Notes: generated from the letters alone by a model not told the origin. A stretch of 64,000 bases of DNA from Candidatus Latescibacterota bacterium (GCA_965205485.1 OZ242180.1:1-64000), one strand, 5' to 3'; shown: positions 31,042-41,432, numbered from the stretch's first letter. Translations and numbers: made by a program.

Positions 31042-33378
31042 TTAATGTCTCCGCTTGAAGATTTCGGCCACCCACACCTGGCCCCGCTCGCGCGTCACGG
31101 CGATGCCGATATGCGTCAGCCGCGGATCGAGAATATTCCGCCTGTGCTCGGCGCTCAACATCAGGTGCCAGTGCGCTTCCTCCAGCGAGGGCGCTACCGC
31201 CAGATTTTCCAGCGCGACCTCAAATGTGATATTCAGTCGTTCCAGGCGGCTCGTCAGGTTTCCGTACATGGGCGACCGGTGTGACACGGAGCCGTACGCC
31301 AGCATGTCCTGCAGATGGGACGCCGCCGCGTAGGCCAGGTCGTCGTCCCACGTCAGTCTCATGCGTCCCTTCCTGGCGCGCACCTGGTTTACAAGCGCCA
31401 TCAGCCGACGGCCCGTTGCCGCGTCGCCCGGATAGAACGAGACCTGGATTGCGGGCTTCGCCAGAGGCTTCGGATTACCGACCGTCAGCATGCGGTCTTC
31501 CAGCATGACAGCATCGCCGTTTTCAAGCTTCCCCTGGATCTGCAGCCGGTAGTGTCCCGTTTCGCGAATCAGCAGGAACCCTGAAAAACGCCCCGCCTTG
31601 TGATTCGTCGACATATCCAGGACGTCACCGTCCGGCAGCGCAAAAGCCGCCATTGACAGCGATTTGACGACGTCTCCAACCGTACCACGGATGGATGCTT
31701 CCATTCCGGGAGAGATTCGTTCCGGTACCCGCTCAAGCCCGATCAGGTCGCGCCGGATCGAGCCGCGGTACCGGAAGGGCTCCGCAAATTGCTTTGTGGC
31801 GGTACTGTCGGGGCCTGCTTCAATGCGGTTGCCCTCCCGGTCCGTAACCACATATCGATCCGGAGTCAGAAACTCGAGCCGCACGCCCGACGTATCGGTC
31901 TGCACGATCCTGCCGTCTGGAAATTCTTCGATCACCGTGCCATCCGCAAGCCGCGCGACGCGCACGCCGTCCGGACGGCGAACCGTTTCCGAACCGTCCG
32001 AATACACGGTGCGGCGCGATCGGTCCGGGAATACTTCCAGCGTCTCCCCCGATTGGTTTTTCTGTATCTTTCGTCCATCCGGATACTGTTCAATCGTCGT
32101 GCCGTCGTTCATCCGCGTAAACTGACGGCCGTTCGCGAAGACCCGTATCCGGTGCCCCTCAGGCGTTATTGCAATGACGCTTCCGTCCGGATAACGCGTC
32201 TCTCTCACCCCGCCGGGAACCACATTTTCCACCCTTCCGTCCGGATACCGCACATGCCGCGTTCCATCCGGGAATACCGTCCGTTCCACGCCGCCGGTTT
32301 CCACCGTGCGCACGGTTCCGCTGGCAAATCGGTGCTCCCGCCGTCCATCCGGAAATATCGTCATCCGGTTCCCCGACGCATGCCTCCATTCCTGACGGCC
32401 GTCTCCGTACACACGGTGCCGGTTGCCGCCGGTGTCTACGTACACCATCCGGCCGTCCGGATACGACCTCCTCATGCCTCCCAGCGCATCTTCGAATTGG
32501 ACCGAACCGTCCGGAAACCGCGTTTCCCGCGTCTTATCGGGAAACTGCGTCACAATTTTCCCGTCGGCATAGCGCCACCGCTGCCTTCCGTCCGGAAACG
32601 TCGTCCATACCCGGCCGTCATCGTAATGGCGTTTCCGCACGCCATCACCGGGATGCGACGCATTCTTCGGCCTGAGCCAGACACCGGCCTGCACCCGGAA
32701 ATGGCCTTCGGGCGGCAGGTGTGCCCGTTCGCCTGCCCTGAACGTCGACGTCCTGAACATATAGCCGTGAACCGCAGCCGCGTCTTCCAGCGTCTCGAGG
32801 TCCGCAACCGGAAACCCGGTCGCAGGGAGAAGCGATCCGTACCGATCGGGATGCATTGTAATATAAAGGTATTGAAACGGACCTGCCGCGCCCCCGGAAG
32901 CACGCCGGGTCACCTCCCCGTTCCCGAACACCACCGCCGCCACGACCCCTCGCTGCGTCGTTCCGAGCGCCGCTTTGCCAAGCTCCATACGATAGGTGTG
33001 GTCCTTCCCCTCCAGCCGCAGGTCCCTGACCGCCACCACCGTATCGAATCGGACCCGATACGACTTCAGTGGCACCGTGATCAGGTCGCCCGGCAATGGG
33101 ACCGGGGCGTCTTCGACCGCCCATTTCAGGACGTTGCCGTGCGGCCCGGCTACCACGCTGTCCGCCGCATCACGGGCCAGAGCGACGCGGCCCGTATCCG
33201 CTTCGGCCAGATATCCGCCCGCCGCGGCCACGTAATTCTCCGGTTTCCAATCCGAACGGAATCCGACGTCGCCCGGCCGGCTTACCGCGCCCGACACGGT
33301 CACGGTTTCCCTGGGCGAACACGCGGCGAGGTTCAGCAGAAGCAGGATGACAATCGAGTTCGGTACTTGAGATCCCAT
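31042..33378 (-). CDS. lipoprotein with tandem (F/Y)PDG beta-hairpin repeats and C-terminal CAP/SCP domain
   Basis: Lipobox LAAC; about 15-20 repeats of ~18 aa; LVNQVR..H..DM..H..EN..LMLSAEHRRNIL..HIGI. Confidence 0.85.
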   Translation of the reverse strand: MGSQVPNSIVILLLLNLAACSPRETVTVSGAVSRPGDVGFRSDWKPENYVAAAGGYLAEADTGRVALARDAADSVVAGPHGNVLKWAVEDAPVPLPGDLITVPLKSYRVRFDTVVAVRDLRLEGKDHTYRMELGKAALGTTQRGVVAAVVFGNGEVTRRASGGAAGPFQYLYITMHPDRYGSLLPATGFPVADLETLEDAAAVHGYMFRTSTFRAGERAHLPPEGHFRVQAGVWLRPKNASHPGDGVRKRHYDDGRVWTTFPDGRQRWRYADGKIVTQFPDKTRETRFPDGSVQFEDALGGMRRSYPDGRMVYVDTGGNRHRVYGDGRQEWRHASGNRMTIFPDGRREHRFASGTVRTVETGGVERTVFPDGTRHVRYPDGRVENVVPGGVRETRYPDGSVIAITPEGHRIRVFANGRQFTRMNDGTTIEQYPDGRKIQKNQSGETLEVFPDRSRRTVYSDGSETVRRPDGVRVARLADGTVIEEFPDGRIVQTDTSGVRLEFLTPDRYVVTDREGNRIEAGPDSTATKQFAEPFRYRGSIRRDLIGLERVPERISPGMEASIRGTVGDVVKSLSMAAFALPDGDVLDMSTNHKAGRFSGFLLIRETGHYRLQIQGKLENGDAVMLEDRMLTVGNPKPLAKPAIQVSFYPGDAATGRRLMALVNQVRARKGRMRLTWDDDLAYAAASHLQDMLAYGSVSHRSPMYGNLTSRLERLNITFEVALENLAVAPSLEEAHWHLMLSAEHRRNILDPRLTHIGIAVTRERGQVWVAEIFKRRH

Positions 33379-33660
33379 ATTGTATCCAGCGATAGGTGTA
33401 CGGTAGTCAGGTAACGTCGAAAATCAACTCACACGAAGACACGAAGGAAAAACAAGCGATAAGCTGTCAGCGTTCAGTCGTCAGCCAAGATCAAAAACAA
33501 AACCAAATTCAATATCCCCTTTCCCAAATTCCCTGCCTACGGCGTGTTCCTCAAAAACGGGGAGACGGGAGAGGACCACGCCACCACCCCGCCGCTATCT
33601 ATAGACACACGTCCTGAGGCATCGGTTCAGAAAACCTGCCAAAGGCACCAAAGTGGTTAG

Positions 33661-33787
33661 AGGGGAGCCGTGAGCCGGGAGAAGAAGCCCTTGCCCGATT
33701 GGTTCCTCCCGCTTGCCTCGGGCCTGAGTTGAAACATAACAGGCAGACGAAGTCTACCCTCTTACCTCTTACGTCTACCCGATTTTT
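33661..33787. repeat. repeat family F, copy 3
   Basis: gagccgggagaagaagcccttgcccga..acaggcag..cgtctacccgattttt (end is complementary to the start of copy 1). Confidence 0.6.
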
Positions 33788-33884
33788 CGAAAGAGGTTGC
33801 GGAATCTTACGAACCGGTTTAATTATCGGGTGCGCGATCGTCACAGATTCGAATCGTCTCTTCTCCCAACTCGAGGAAACAACC

Positions 33885-35306
33885 CTGTCGGAAAGCCAGA
33901 CACGCAGTCACACCCCATTCCACTTCGGCTTTGTGCTGGCGTCGCTGGCCGTTGCGCTGACGGTCGGATTCGGCTACGCCGCCGTTCTGGCCGTGCTGAT
34001 CGGCTTCCAGTGGCCCATGGGCAACTGGTGGGTCGCCATGCTCCAGGCCCACGGCCACGCCCAACTCCTGGGCTGGATCGGCCTTTTCATCATTGGCGTA
34101 AGCCTCTATTTCCTGCCCCGTCTGGCCGGTACGCCCCTGCGCCATCCCCGGCTTCCCGCCTGGATTCTCTCTCTTCTTGGTACCGGTATCTTCATCCGAG
34201 CGGTCTCACAGCCGCTGCTGGCCACGGGACTTGAGGGCTCGTTACATACCGGCCTGCGATGGACGCTGGGCTTCTCCGCGTGTTTGGAAACCGCGGGCGT
34301 CTTCTGTTATCTCTTCCTGCTGGTCGGTACCTTACGCGGCGCCGCGCCGGACCGCCCCGCGCTGCAGACCGTTCGCATCTTCCTGGCCATCACCGTTGCC
34401 GGATGGGCGTTGTATTCATTGCTCGCCGCCACGCTCGCGCTGCAAGCGGGTATCCGCGACAACCCGCTTCTTCACATCGCATGGAACCGATTCGGCATCG
34501 AGTTATTCACGGGATTCGTCATCCTGCCGACGGCGATGGCGTTTTCCGTCCGCACCTTTCCGCTCTACCTGCGCCTGCCCGCCGTCCACTGGCCCGTCGC
34601 ACGTTACGGTCAGGTCTATCTCCTGGCGCTCATCCTGATCCACGTGCCCGTACTGGCGGAACTCACGGGCATGTCCTTCGCATCGTCTCTAGCCCATCTC
34701 TCGCCCATCGGAAAAGTAATCCGAGGTGGAATCCTCCTCCTGTTCATCTGGAAACTGGACATTCTCTTTCGCTGGTATCCTCCGTGGACCGTACACCGGA
34801 TCGGCGAACCCGGGCCCGACAGACGCCCCACACGACCCGGCCTGCCGGACTATGGCGAATTCGGCCGGTTCGAACTCCTGCTCTATGCCGCGTTCGCCTT
34901 CCTGGCGCTGGCCGCGGCGGTAGAACTGCTGGATGGCGCGTTCGTCCTCTTTCGAACGGCGTCACCATTCGATCCTGACGCATTGCGCCACACGCATCTT
35001 GCGGGGTTCATCACCCTCCTTCTGCTGGGCATGGCGCCCCGAATGGTTCCTGGTTTCCTCCACAAACGCAGAGTCGCCTTTCCGGGTCTGGTGGTTGCCA
35101 CCTTTGTATTCGCGACCGCTGCCGCGCTTTGCCGCATCGCGCCGCTGCTCCTGGCGGAGATTCTGCACAGGGTTCCCGGTGGCTTGACGGTCTCGATGAC
35201 CGCATTCGGGATTTCCGGAGTCCTCGGGTGGCTGGCGGCGGCGGTGCTGGCATACAATCTCTTGCAGACCTGGCGCAATCCCGCCGCCGATACCCGCGAG
35301 TCCTGA
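33885..35306 (+). CDS. NnrS-like polytopic membrane protein
   Basis: About 12 TM segments; AHGHAQLLGW, ALRHTHLAGF..GM..RMVP; start uncertain (CTG after GAGGA). Confidence 0.72.
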   Translation: MSESQTRSHTPFHFGFVLASLAVALTVGFGYAAVLAVLIGFQWPMGNWWVAMLQAHGHAQLLGWIGLFIIGVSLYFLPRLAGTPLRHPRLPAWILSLLGTGIFIRAVSQPLLATGLEGSLHTGLRWTLGFSACLETAGVFCYLFLLVGTLRGAAPDRPALQTVRIFLAITVAGWALYSLLAATLALQAGIRDNPLLHIAWNRFGIELFTGFVILPTAMAFSVRTFPLYLRLPAVHWPVARYGQVYLLALILIHVPVLAELTGMSFASSLAHLSPIGKVIRGGILLLFIWKLDILFRWYPPWTVHRIGEPGPDRRPTRPGLPDYGEFGRFELLLYAAFAFLALAAAVELLDGAFVLFRTASPFDPDALRHTHLAGFITLLLLGMAPRMVPGFLHKRRVAFPGLVVATFVFATAAALCRIAPLLLAEILHRVPGGLTVSMTAFGISGVLGWLAAAVLAYNLLQTWRNPAADTRES

Positions 35307-35371
35307 GAGGCAGAAAAAAACGCTCCCGGCGGCGGAAGCCGCACAGAAGCGTTTCGATGGATTGCCGTCGC

Positions 35372-35683
35372 TCAATTCCGCGCGGCCGCGGGAACCCGCG
35401 GCCTGCGTTGCCTTTCCTTGACCCGCTTGAGCTGTCGTATCATCTTGTCGATCGCGCCCCCAAGCGCCGGATGGACGACATCCTGTTCGTCGGTGGCTTT
35501 CAGGATGTGGTTGTGCACGTGAACCACGATTTCAACCCGGTACATCCGGTTCTCACGCTCCAGTGTTATCCGCGTGTCCAGTATCGGTTCATAAAACTGT
35601 TTCAGTTTTTCTGTTTCTTTTTCGATATACTCCCGCAAGCGGCCGGACACCTCGAAGTGCTTCCCCCTGATTTCAGTTTTCAT
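35372..35683 (-). CDS. hpf: ribosome hibernation factor HPF/RaiA (short form)
   Basis: MKTEIRGKHFEVS..LREYI..AIDKMIRQLKR; AGGAGG RBS. Confidence 0.88.
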   Translation of the reverse strand: MKTEIRGKHFEVSGRLREYIEKETEKLKQFYEPILDTRITLERENRMYRVEIVVHVHNHILKATDEQDVVHPALGGAIDKMIRQLKRVKERQRRPRVPAAARN

Positions 35684-35701
35684 CGCCACCTCCTTGCATA
35701 T

Positions 35702-35861
35702 CAGCCCGTTGAAAAAGTCCATCCGGGCTACGGCCGGCCCTTGCGGTCGAAATACTGCGTTACGCTCCCTCGCCGAATCGCAGGATGGGACTCGGTCGCG
35801 CGCCTTGTCTTCGACCACAATGCCTCGGCCTCGCCTACAGAGCGACTTTCTCAACGGACTG
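35702..35861. mobile_element. MITE family A, copy 2
   Basis: cagcccgttgaaaaagtc ... gactttctcaacggactg. Confidence 0.85.
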
Positions 35862-35874
35862 CATGGTTACACCG

Positions 35875-36735
35875 TCAACCGCCGACTTCAACTCGGGTAC
35901 CTGCATTTCCCGATGCACCGCCGTGCTTCTCCAACCAGATTTCCGTTGCGACCGCGCACGGACCAACCAGGAAAAGCGCGTAGAACGGGGCATAAACCTG
36001 TTCAAACAGCCGCAACACGGCCTCGATCACAGCCACGGAAAGCGCGACCCAGCACTGGCCACGCCTTGTCTTAACCGTCGTCTTGGGATCCGTAATCATA
36101 AAAAAAATAAACAGTTGGTACATCGGACCGGTTATGGGCGCCACGCCGGCCAGATACGCCTGCCCCGTAACAAGACTTCGTACAAATCCAAGCGCCAGAA
36201 AACTTATCACGTACGTCAGGCAGATGTGCAGCCGGTTTACCCGCCAGACCGCCATCCAGCCAAATACCCAGATCACCAGCATGACCCAGACGGCATTACC
36301 CCACTGAATGCTCAGTCCCGCCGCCATTTCCGGCGCAAGGAAGAAAATCGCGCTCACGCCGAGATTGGAGGGGTTCCAGAGATGCCGCCCGCGCCAGCGG
36401 ATCACATACTTGGACAGGATCGAAACCGCGCTGCAAAGCGCATAGGGCCAGAGCCAGAGCGAGCGGATCAGAATCCCCACGCTGATTCCGGTGATGTATC
36501 CGCTCACGAAATTCGGTTTGCGGCTCCCGTGCAGCCGACCCAGCAGGGCCTCCACGCCAACCGCGACCCCGATGGCCAATGCCGTTTTTGACAGACCCTC
36601 CAGAATTCCATAGGTGATCTGGCTGCCAATCAATATGCAGGTGATGAGCGCCGGCGGCAGGAATCGATGACCGTCGGCAGACCACCACGTACGTATCGAC
36701 GTCGGGTGTGAAGCCAGGTCCGTGTCCGTTGTCAA
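35875..36735 (-). CDS. RnfD/NqrB-related (UnbU-like) membrane protein
   Basis: SKYVIRWRGRHLWNPSNLG, FFMITDPKT; TTG start after GGAGG; the longer ORF runs through MITE DNA. Confidence 0.78.
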   Translation of the reverse strand: MTTDTDLASHPTSIRTWWSADGHRFLPPALITCILIGSQITYGILEGLSKTALAIGVAVGVEALLGRLHGSRKPNFVSGYITGISVGILIRSLWLWPYALCSAVSILSKYVIRWRGRHLWNPSNLGVSAIFFLAPEMAAGLSIQWGNAVWVMLVIWVFGWMAVWRVNRLHICLTYVISFLALGFVRSLVTGQAYLAGVAPITGPMYQLFIFFMITDPKTTVKTRRGQCWVALSVAVIEAVLRLFEQVYAPFYALFLVGPCAVATEIWLEKHGGASGNAGTRVEVGG

Positions 36736-36764
36736 CCCAACACCTCCGTTCGACGCGCCGCCTG

Positions 36765-37100
36765 CTAACAGCCCGTTGAAAAAGCCCATCCGGGCTACGG
36801 TCGGCCCGTGCGGTCGAAATACTGCGTTGCGCTCCCTCGCCGAATCGAGTGATGGGACTCGGTCGCGCGCCTTGTCTTCGACCACAATGGCAAGTGTTCC
36901 GACCCGGAAATAGATTGCCGAAATTCGACCGCCGAGTCGCCCGGCTGGCAAGGCGCCTGAGCAAGGCGACCTGCTTACGGTCGCCGAGCGAAGGCAACGC
37001 CGCCAGACGGGATGAATCGGCGGATGAATGGTGACATATTTCCGGGACGGGACACCATGCCTCGCCTGCAGAACGACTTTATTTATCAACGGACTGCTAA
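36765..37100. mobile_element. MITE family A, copy 3, interrupted by a family B copy
   Basis: A left part to ~36890, B insert, then A resumes with tgcctcgcctgcag..tcaacggactg. Confidence 0.85.
36894..37055. mobile_element. MITE family B, copy 2 (nested)
   Basis: gtgttccgacccggaaata ... tatttccgggacgggacac; interior matches 18949-19111. Confidence 0.85.
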
Positions 37101-37325
37101 GGCCCACGATTCCAAGTAAGTACAAAATTCCGTCGCGGGCAACCCAAAAAGCGGGGCGGGCGAACCGGGGAGCTTTCGTCTTTCACAAGCAAATCGATTC
37201 CCCTATCTTTCTGCCATCGCCCGAGGCCCGACTGACAGGGACCACGGACGGCGTCAGTGTTATCGTCTCGTGTAATTTTATACGCGTGCGGGTGCGATCC
37301 GGTTTCCTCCTGCATCTCCCAACCG

Positions 37326-37512
37326 CCCCGCAGACCTCTCTCCCCGGCCCTCTCTCCTAAAGGAAAGAGGGAGAAAGGCCGGACGTCGGTTCGCCGGTTT
37401 TCGATAGGGACTCTCATTGAATGGAAATCGCCATCCCGGAACGTTTGCAAGCCCGGTACATCCACCTGTTACCGTTCCCCCTTCCTTTAGGAAGGGGGCC
37501 AGGGGGTAGGTC
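37326..37512. repeat. REPIN-like family C, copy 2 (inverted)
   Basis: Reverse complement of 3086-3270. Confidence 0.85.
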
Positions 37513-37572
37513 CGAAACGCGGTGAATGAACACCGCAATCGGATGCAAGACTTGACCTGAAAGGACACGTCA

Positions 37573-38691
37573 ATGCCGAAAGTCCTCCTACTGGGCGGCT
37601 TCCTGCCCGGTCAATCCCTCTGGAGCATTCAGCAGGGCTTCAAAAGCATCGGATACGACGTCCTCTATCAACCCACGCGCGGTTGTATCGAGGCGAATCT
37701 CGACGCGGACATCGCGCTGGCGAAGGAAGAGGCCGACATCATCCCTCCTCATGATACGTGGAACCTGAAATACAGGGACATCGGCGCATTCCGGGAAGGT
37801 CTGTTCAGAACCATTATCGAACACGAACCGGAAATGCTCATCTGGTGGTTCAGCAAGGACGACCGGCCGCCCGGGCTCATCGGCGAACTGCGGGAACGAT
37901 TTCCCTGGTGCAAAACCGTAACCCATACTCAGGACGATCCGTGGGACCTCCTCCGAAGCCCTCAATTCACCCGGGAGTTCGAATTTGCCGCGACGTGCTG
38001 CAGGGAGAGCGTGAATGTCTACGCAGAACGTGGAATCAAGGCCATCGTACTCTATCCCCCGCCGGCAATGGAACTGCATCGTTTCGCCAGGCCGGCGCGA
38101 CACGAGGAATGTGACTTCTCCGTCACCATCATGTCGCTATACACAAAAGAGGGCGGCAGCCCGGAAGAGTACCTGGAATCGGAAGACCTGGTCAAACGGA
38201 TCACCCACACCATCCCCTTTCCCCGGCAGCGAGCGTTGAGACAGGAAGTCGTCGCCGCGCTCAAAGACCTGGGCAGGGTCCACGTATACGGGGGACTGGG
38301 TTTCGGCACGTTCCAGGACCTGCCCAGATATTCCTACCGCGGCTTTCGGAGTTACATGGAGCTACCGGGCGTGTACAGGGCCTCCAGGATCAATGTAAAC
38401 CAGCACAATTCGCCGGACGCCAACGGTTACCTGAATCAGCGGGACACCGCGATTACAGGCAGCGGCGGATTCATGCTGACCGATTACGTGGCTGGCATCG
38501 AGGAAGTCTTCGAAATCGGCACGGAAATTGACACATGGACCGACCTGGAGGAACTCCGGCACAAGGCGCGATGGTGGCTGGAACACGAAACCCAGCGGAA
38601 GAACGCCGCGGCGCGGGCGCAGGACCGGATCCTCAAGGAGTACGGCAACGTGGCATACGCCCGGAAACTCTCGGAATTCGTCAGGGCATGA
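37573..38691 (+). CDS. CgeB-like GT-B glycosyltransferase
   Basis: QDDPW, YRASRINVNQH..LNQR..GSGGFMLTD, FEIGTEI. Confidence 0.78.
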   Translation: MPKVLLLGGFLPGQSLWSIQQGFKSIGYDVLYQPTRGCIEANLDADIALAKEEADIIPPHDTWNLKYRDIGAFREGLFRTIIEHEPEMLIWWFSKDDRPPGLIGELRERFPWCKTVTHTQDDPWDLLRSPQFTREFEFAATCCRESVNVYAERGIKAIVLYPPPAMELHRFARPARHEECDFSVTIMSLYTKEGGSPEEYLESEDLVKRITHTIPFPRQRALRQEVVAALKDLGRVHVYGGLGFGTFQDLPRYSYRGFRSYMELPGVYRASRINVNQHNSPDANGYLNQRDTAITGSGGFMLTDYVAGIEEVFEIGTEIDTWTDLEELRHKARWWLEHETQRKNAAARAQDRILKEYGNVAYARKLSEFVRA

Positions 38692-38783
38692 AGCTCACTT
38701 TCCACTCCCTTCCGGTGGATTCCTGTAAAAAACGCCCGCGGATGCGATGGTCCGGGGCGTTTGTCTTTCCGTGTGCAGCCGGC

Positions 38784-39653
38784 CTATCCCGGCACGGATT
38801 CACCCAGAATACGCAACGCGTTCCGATAGGTTATCTTGTCGTACGCGTCTTTGGGCAATGACAGCCCCTGGAAGAAATCCATCAGCGCCGTGTCGAAATA
38901 GTCGCGCCCCCACAGCAGTTTATCCTGAAACTCAACGAGGAATTTCGTTCCGGTTTCCGGGTCCCGCTTGAGCGCGTTGAGCGCGGAACCGGCGGACAGG
39001 TCCGCCCACAAATTGTCGTACCGGCGCATCATATCCCACAGTTTTCCGCCCGGAAGTACCGGCGCATCCGGATACGACTGCTTGTCGTAAAGATCGTCTC
39101 CCGAAATATGCGCCCAGAATCCCGGCGCATGTCCGATAAAGGTCGTTTCCGGACAGGCCGCGATCGCACGCTCGAACGCCTCGATACTCCCGCCGTACCA
39201 ATAGTTCGGCCTGGGATAGTTTCCCCGGCCATGGTTGATGGGATAGTCGAGGTGGATTGTAATGGGCAATTTCATTTCGGCGCACGCATTATAGAGCTGA
39301 ATCGCATCCGGGTCGTCGAACAGGACGCGCACTTTCATCTCGCTGGCAACCTGGATGCCGTGAATCTCATGCGCCGCACGAAGGCGGTCGGCGGCGTCCG
39401 GCCGCTTCGGATGCGGGAAATAGCCCAGTACGAAGCGGTCGCGCGCCTCCCTTCCCACCTGAAGCACATCCTCCAGCGGAATGCCCGTCCCGCCGGGAGG
39501 CAGCGCCTTGTGATAGGACGGATCGTATTCGTCTTCCGGCACCTCCCAGGTAAACAGCCACATCCTGTCAATGCCCTGTTCATCCATGTTGTTGAGAATT
39601 CGCCTTGCATCGTAGCCGTGCCAGTTGGGATGGTTGTGTGCGTCAATCAACAT
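38784..39653 (-). CDS. amidohydrolase-2 family protein
   Basis: IDAHNH, PITIH, FIGH, GRDYF, NALRIL. Confidence 0.85.
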   Translation of the reverse strand: MLIDAHNHPNWHGYDARRILNNMDEQGIDRMWLFTWEVPEDEYDPSYHKALPPGGTGIPLEDVLQVGREARDRFVLGYFPHPKRPDAADRLRAAHEIHGIQVASEMKVRVLFDDPDAIQLYNACAEMKLPITIHLDYPINHGRGNYPRPNYWYGGSIEAFERAIAACPETTFIGHAPGFWAHISGDDLYDKQSYPDAPVLPGGKLWDMMRRYDNLWADLSAGSALNALKRDPETGTKFLVEFQDKLLWGRDYFDTALMDFFQGLSLPKDAYDKITYRNALRILGESVPG

Positions 39654-39793
39654 CTTGTCATACCTCCTTAGCGAAAATTCACACGCGGCGACATGGGAAG
39701 TCTCGGGTTACTGTCCTGGTTGGCGACAAGAAGTGCTAAGGCCCTGAAGAAGATTACAGAAACTCAGCCGCGGAGCCGCCCGGCTGGCAAGCC

Positions 39794-39900
39794 ACCTGAG
39801 GCCTGAGCCGCTCCCTGAGCCTGTCGAAGGGTCGGCGAGGGGCGTTGAAGAGTACCTGCCACGTCAAGAAACGCGGGCATTTCGACAAGCTCAATGACCG
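39794..39900. repeat. REP-like family D, copy 2 (inverted)
   Basis: ccctgagcctgtcgaaggg ... gggcatttcgacaagctcaatgacc. Confidence 0.8.
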
Positions 39901-40160
39901 CGTTTCCTAGAGTCGGCTCCATAGCCTCGCCGCAAACAGCGCAGCGAGTCGGAATGAGTCGCCGGATGAATGGTAACACATTTTGTGTTTGGTACAGTAA
40001 GCGCAGCCATCAACATCGGAAAGCCAGGCACCGGGCACATTCGAGTCCGGAATGCGGTTGTTTCTACGCATTCCACCGGGTCTTCGTACAGTACAAACAA
40101 TCGACTTGACAAATCACCCACCGGGTAATATGGAATCCACGCTCCATTGAAAGGATTGGT

Positions 40161-41375
40161 ATGGCCACACGATCCAACGGCCGACGGGTAAACCTCGCAA
40201 TCGTTGGCTGCGGCGGCATTGCCGGAGCGCATCTCAGGGGATACGCGGAACTCATGGAGAAAGACGAGCGGCGCTTCCGCATCGTCGCAACCGTAGACGA
40301 CGTTCCGGAACGTGCCACAGCCATGGCTGAGCGAATTGAAAGCCATACCGGTCAGCGCGTAAACGCCTACCGGACCGTGGAGGAACTGCTCAACGGCGAG
40401 AAGCATCTGGACGGCGCCGATATCTGCGGGCCACACGGGATGCACCACGTGCTGGCCTGCGAGCTCCTTTCCGGCGGCGTGAACATCATCTGTGAAAAAC
40501 CCATCGGAATCACCGTAAAGGCCACGAAGAAGATAATCGCCGCCGCGAAGAAACACAAACGCATTGCAGCAACGGCCGAACAGTGCCGCCGCAGCGTCGG
40601 ACAACGCGCGATCCATTGGGCGTTCAACGCGGGGGGGCTGATGGGAAAACCGCGCTTCTGGCTGGCTGCAAGCGCGTCGTGGCAGGACCCCAAGAACATC
40701 CAGGATTGGCACTGGCGAGTCGACCGCCGGCTGGGCGGCTGCGGCATGGTGATGGACAGCGGCGCCCACTGGGTGGACACGATGCGCTACTGGTTCGGCG
40801 AAGTGCACAGTGTATACGCGCGCGTGGAGCAAATCGAAAAACGCCCGCACAGGAAAGGGAGAAGGATCGTCAACGACACACGGGAAGACTTCTGGACCAG
40901 CATTTTCAACTTCAAAAGCGGGCTTATCGGAACCTGGTCGTGGACCAACAGCGCGCCCGGCAAGGGCTTTCTGCACCTCAGCCTGACGGGCAGCAAGGGC
41001 ACGATCGTGGAATACGACATCTTTCATCCGGCAGCGGGCGCGCTCCGCGGCGAGTGCCAACTCCTCGACGGCGTTACCTACAGCATGGAACGGATTGTGG
41101 ATATGTTCAGGAAGAGCCTGAGCAGAGAAGAGAACGAGCGCCTGTTTCCCTACGGCATCACCGGCGGAATGCCGCTGGAACTCTGGGACTTTATTGACGC
41201 GATAAGCACCGGACGCAACGTGGAAATTGACGCGGAGGAAGGCCTGCGCAGCAAGGCGGTGAGCGAAGCGCTGTACGAATCGGGCAAATCAGGCGAGATC
41301 GTCAAGGTCAACGATGTGGTCAGAGGGAAGGTGAACGCCTACCAGCGCGACATCGACGAGTACTGGAATCTGTAA
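40161..41375 (+). CDS. Gfo/Idh/MocA oxidoreductase
   Basis: IVGCGGIA, CEKP, DSGAH. Confidence 0.92.
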   Translation: MATRSNGRRVNLAIVGCGGIAGAHLRGYAELMEKDERRFRIVATVDDVPERATAMAERIESHTGQRVNAYRTVEELLNGEKHLDGADICGPHGMHHVLACELLSGGVNIICEKPIGITVKATKKIIAAAKKHKRIAATAEQCRRSVGQRAIHWAFNAGGLMGKPRFWLAASASWQDPKNIQDWHWRVDRRLGGCGMVMDSGAHWVDTMRYWFGEVHSVYARVEQIEKRPHRKGRRIVNDTREDFWTSIFNFKSGLIGTWSWTNSAPGKGFLHLSLTGSKGTIVEYDIFHPAAGALRGECQLLDGVTYSMERIVDMFRKSLSREENERLFPYGITGGMPLELWDFIDAISTGRNVEIDAEEGLRSKAVSEALYESGKSGEIVKVNDVVRGKVNAYQRDIDEYWNL

Positions 41376-41432
41376 CAGTCCGTCGATAAAGTCGCTCTGT
41401 ATGCGAGGTAGCAAGAGGGGATGAATCGGCGG
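41373..41432. repeat. truncated MITE A end joined to a B-like motif
   Basis: taacagtccgtcgataaagtcgctctg matches the inverted A right end; ggatgaatcggcgga matches B. Confidence 0.6.

Noticed and set aside
29176..31284. 702-aa plus-strand ORF
   Set aside because: Lies opposite the GWxTD and CAP genes, which carry clear motifs; no recognisable domain
31800..32650. Periodic ccgtccgga motifs resembling a CRISPR array
   Set aside because: They are codons of PDG protein repeats; no constant repeat with unique spacers and no cas genes
35684..35854. N-terminal extensions of hpf (and similarly of the SDR at 964 and the RnfD-like ORF at 37125)
   Set aside because: They are translations of MITE A sequence; good RBS-start pairs exist downstream
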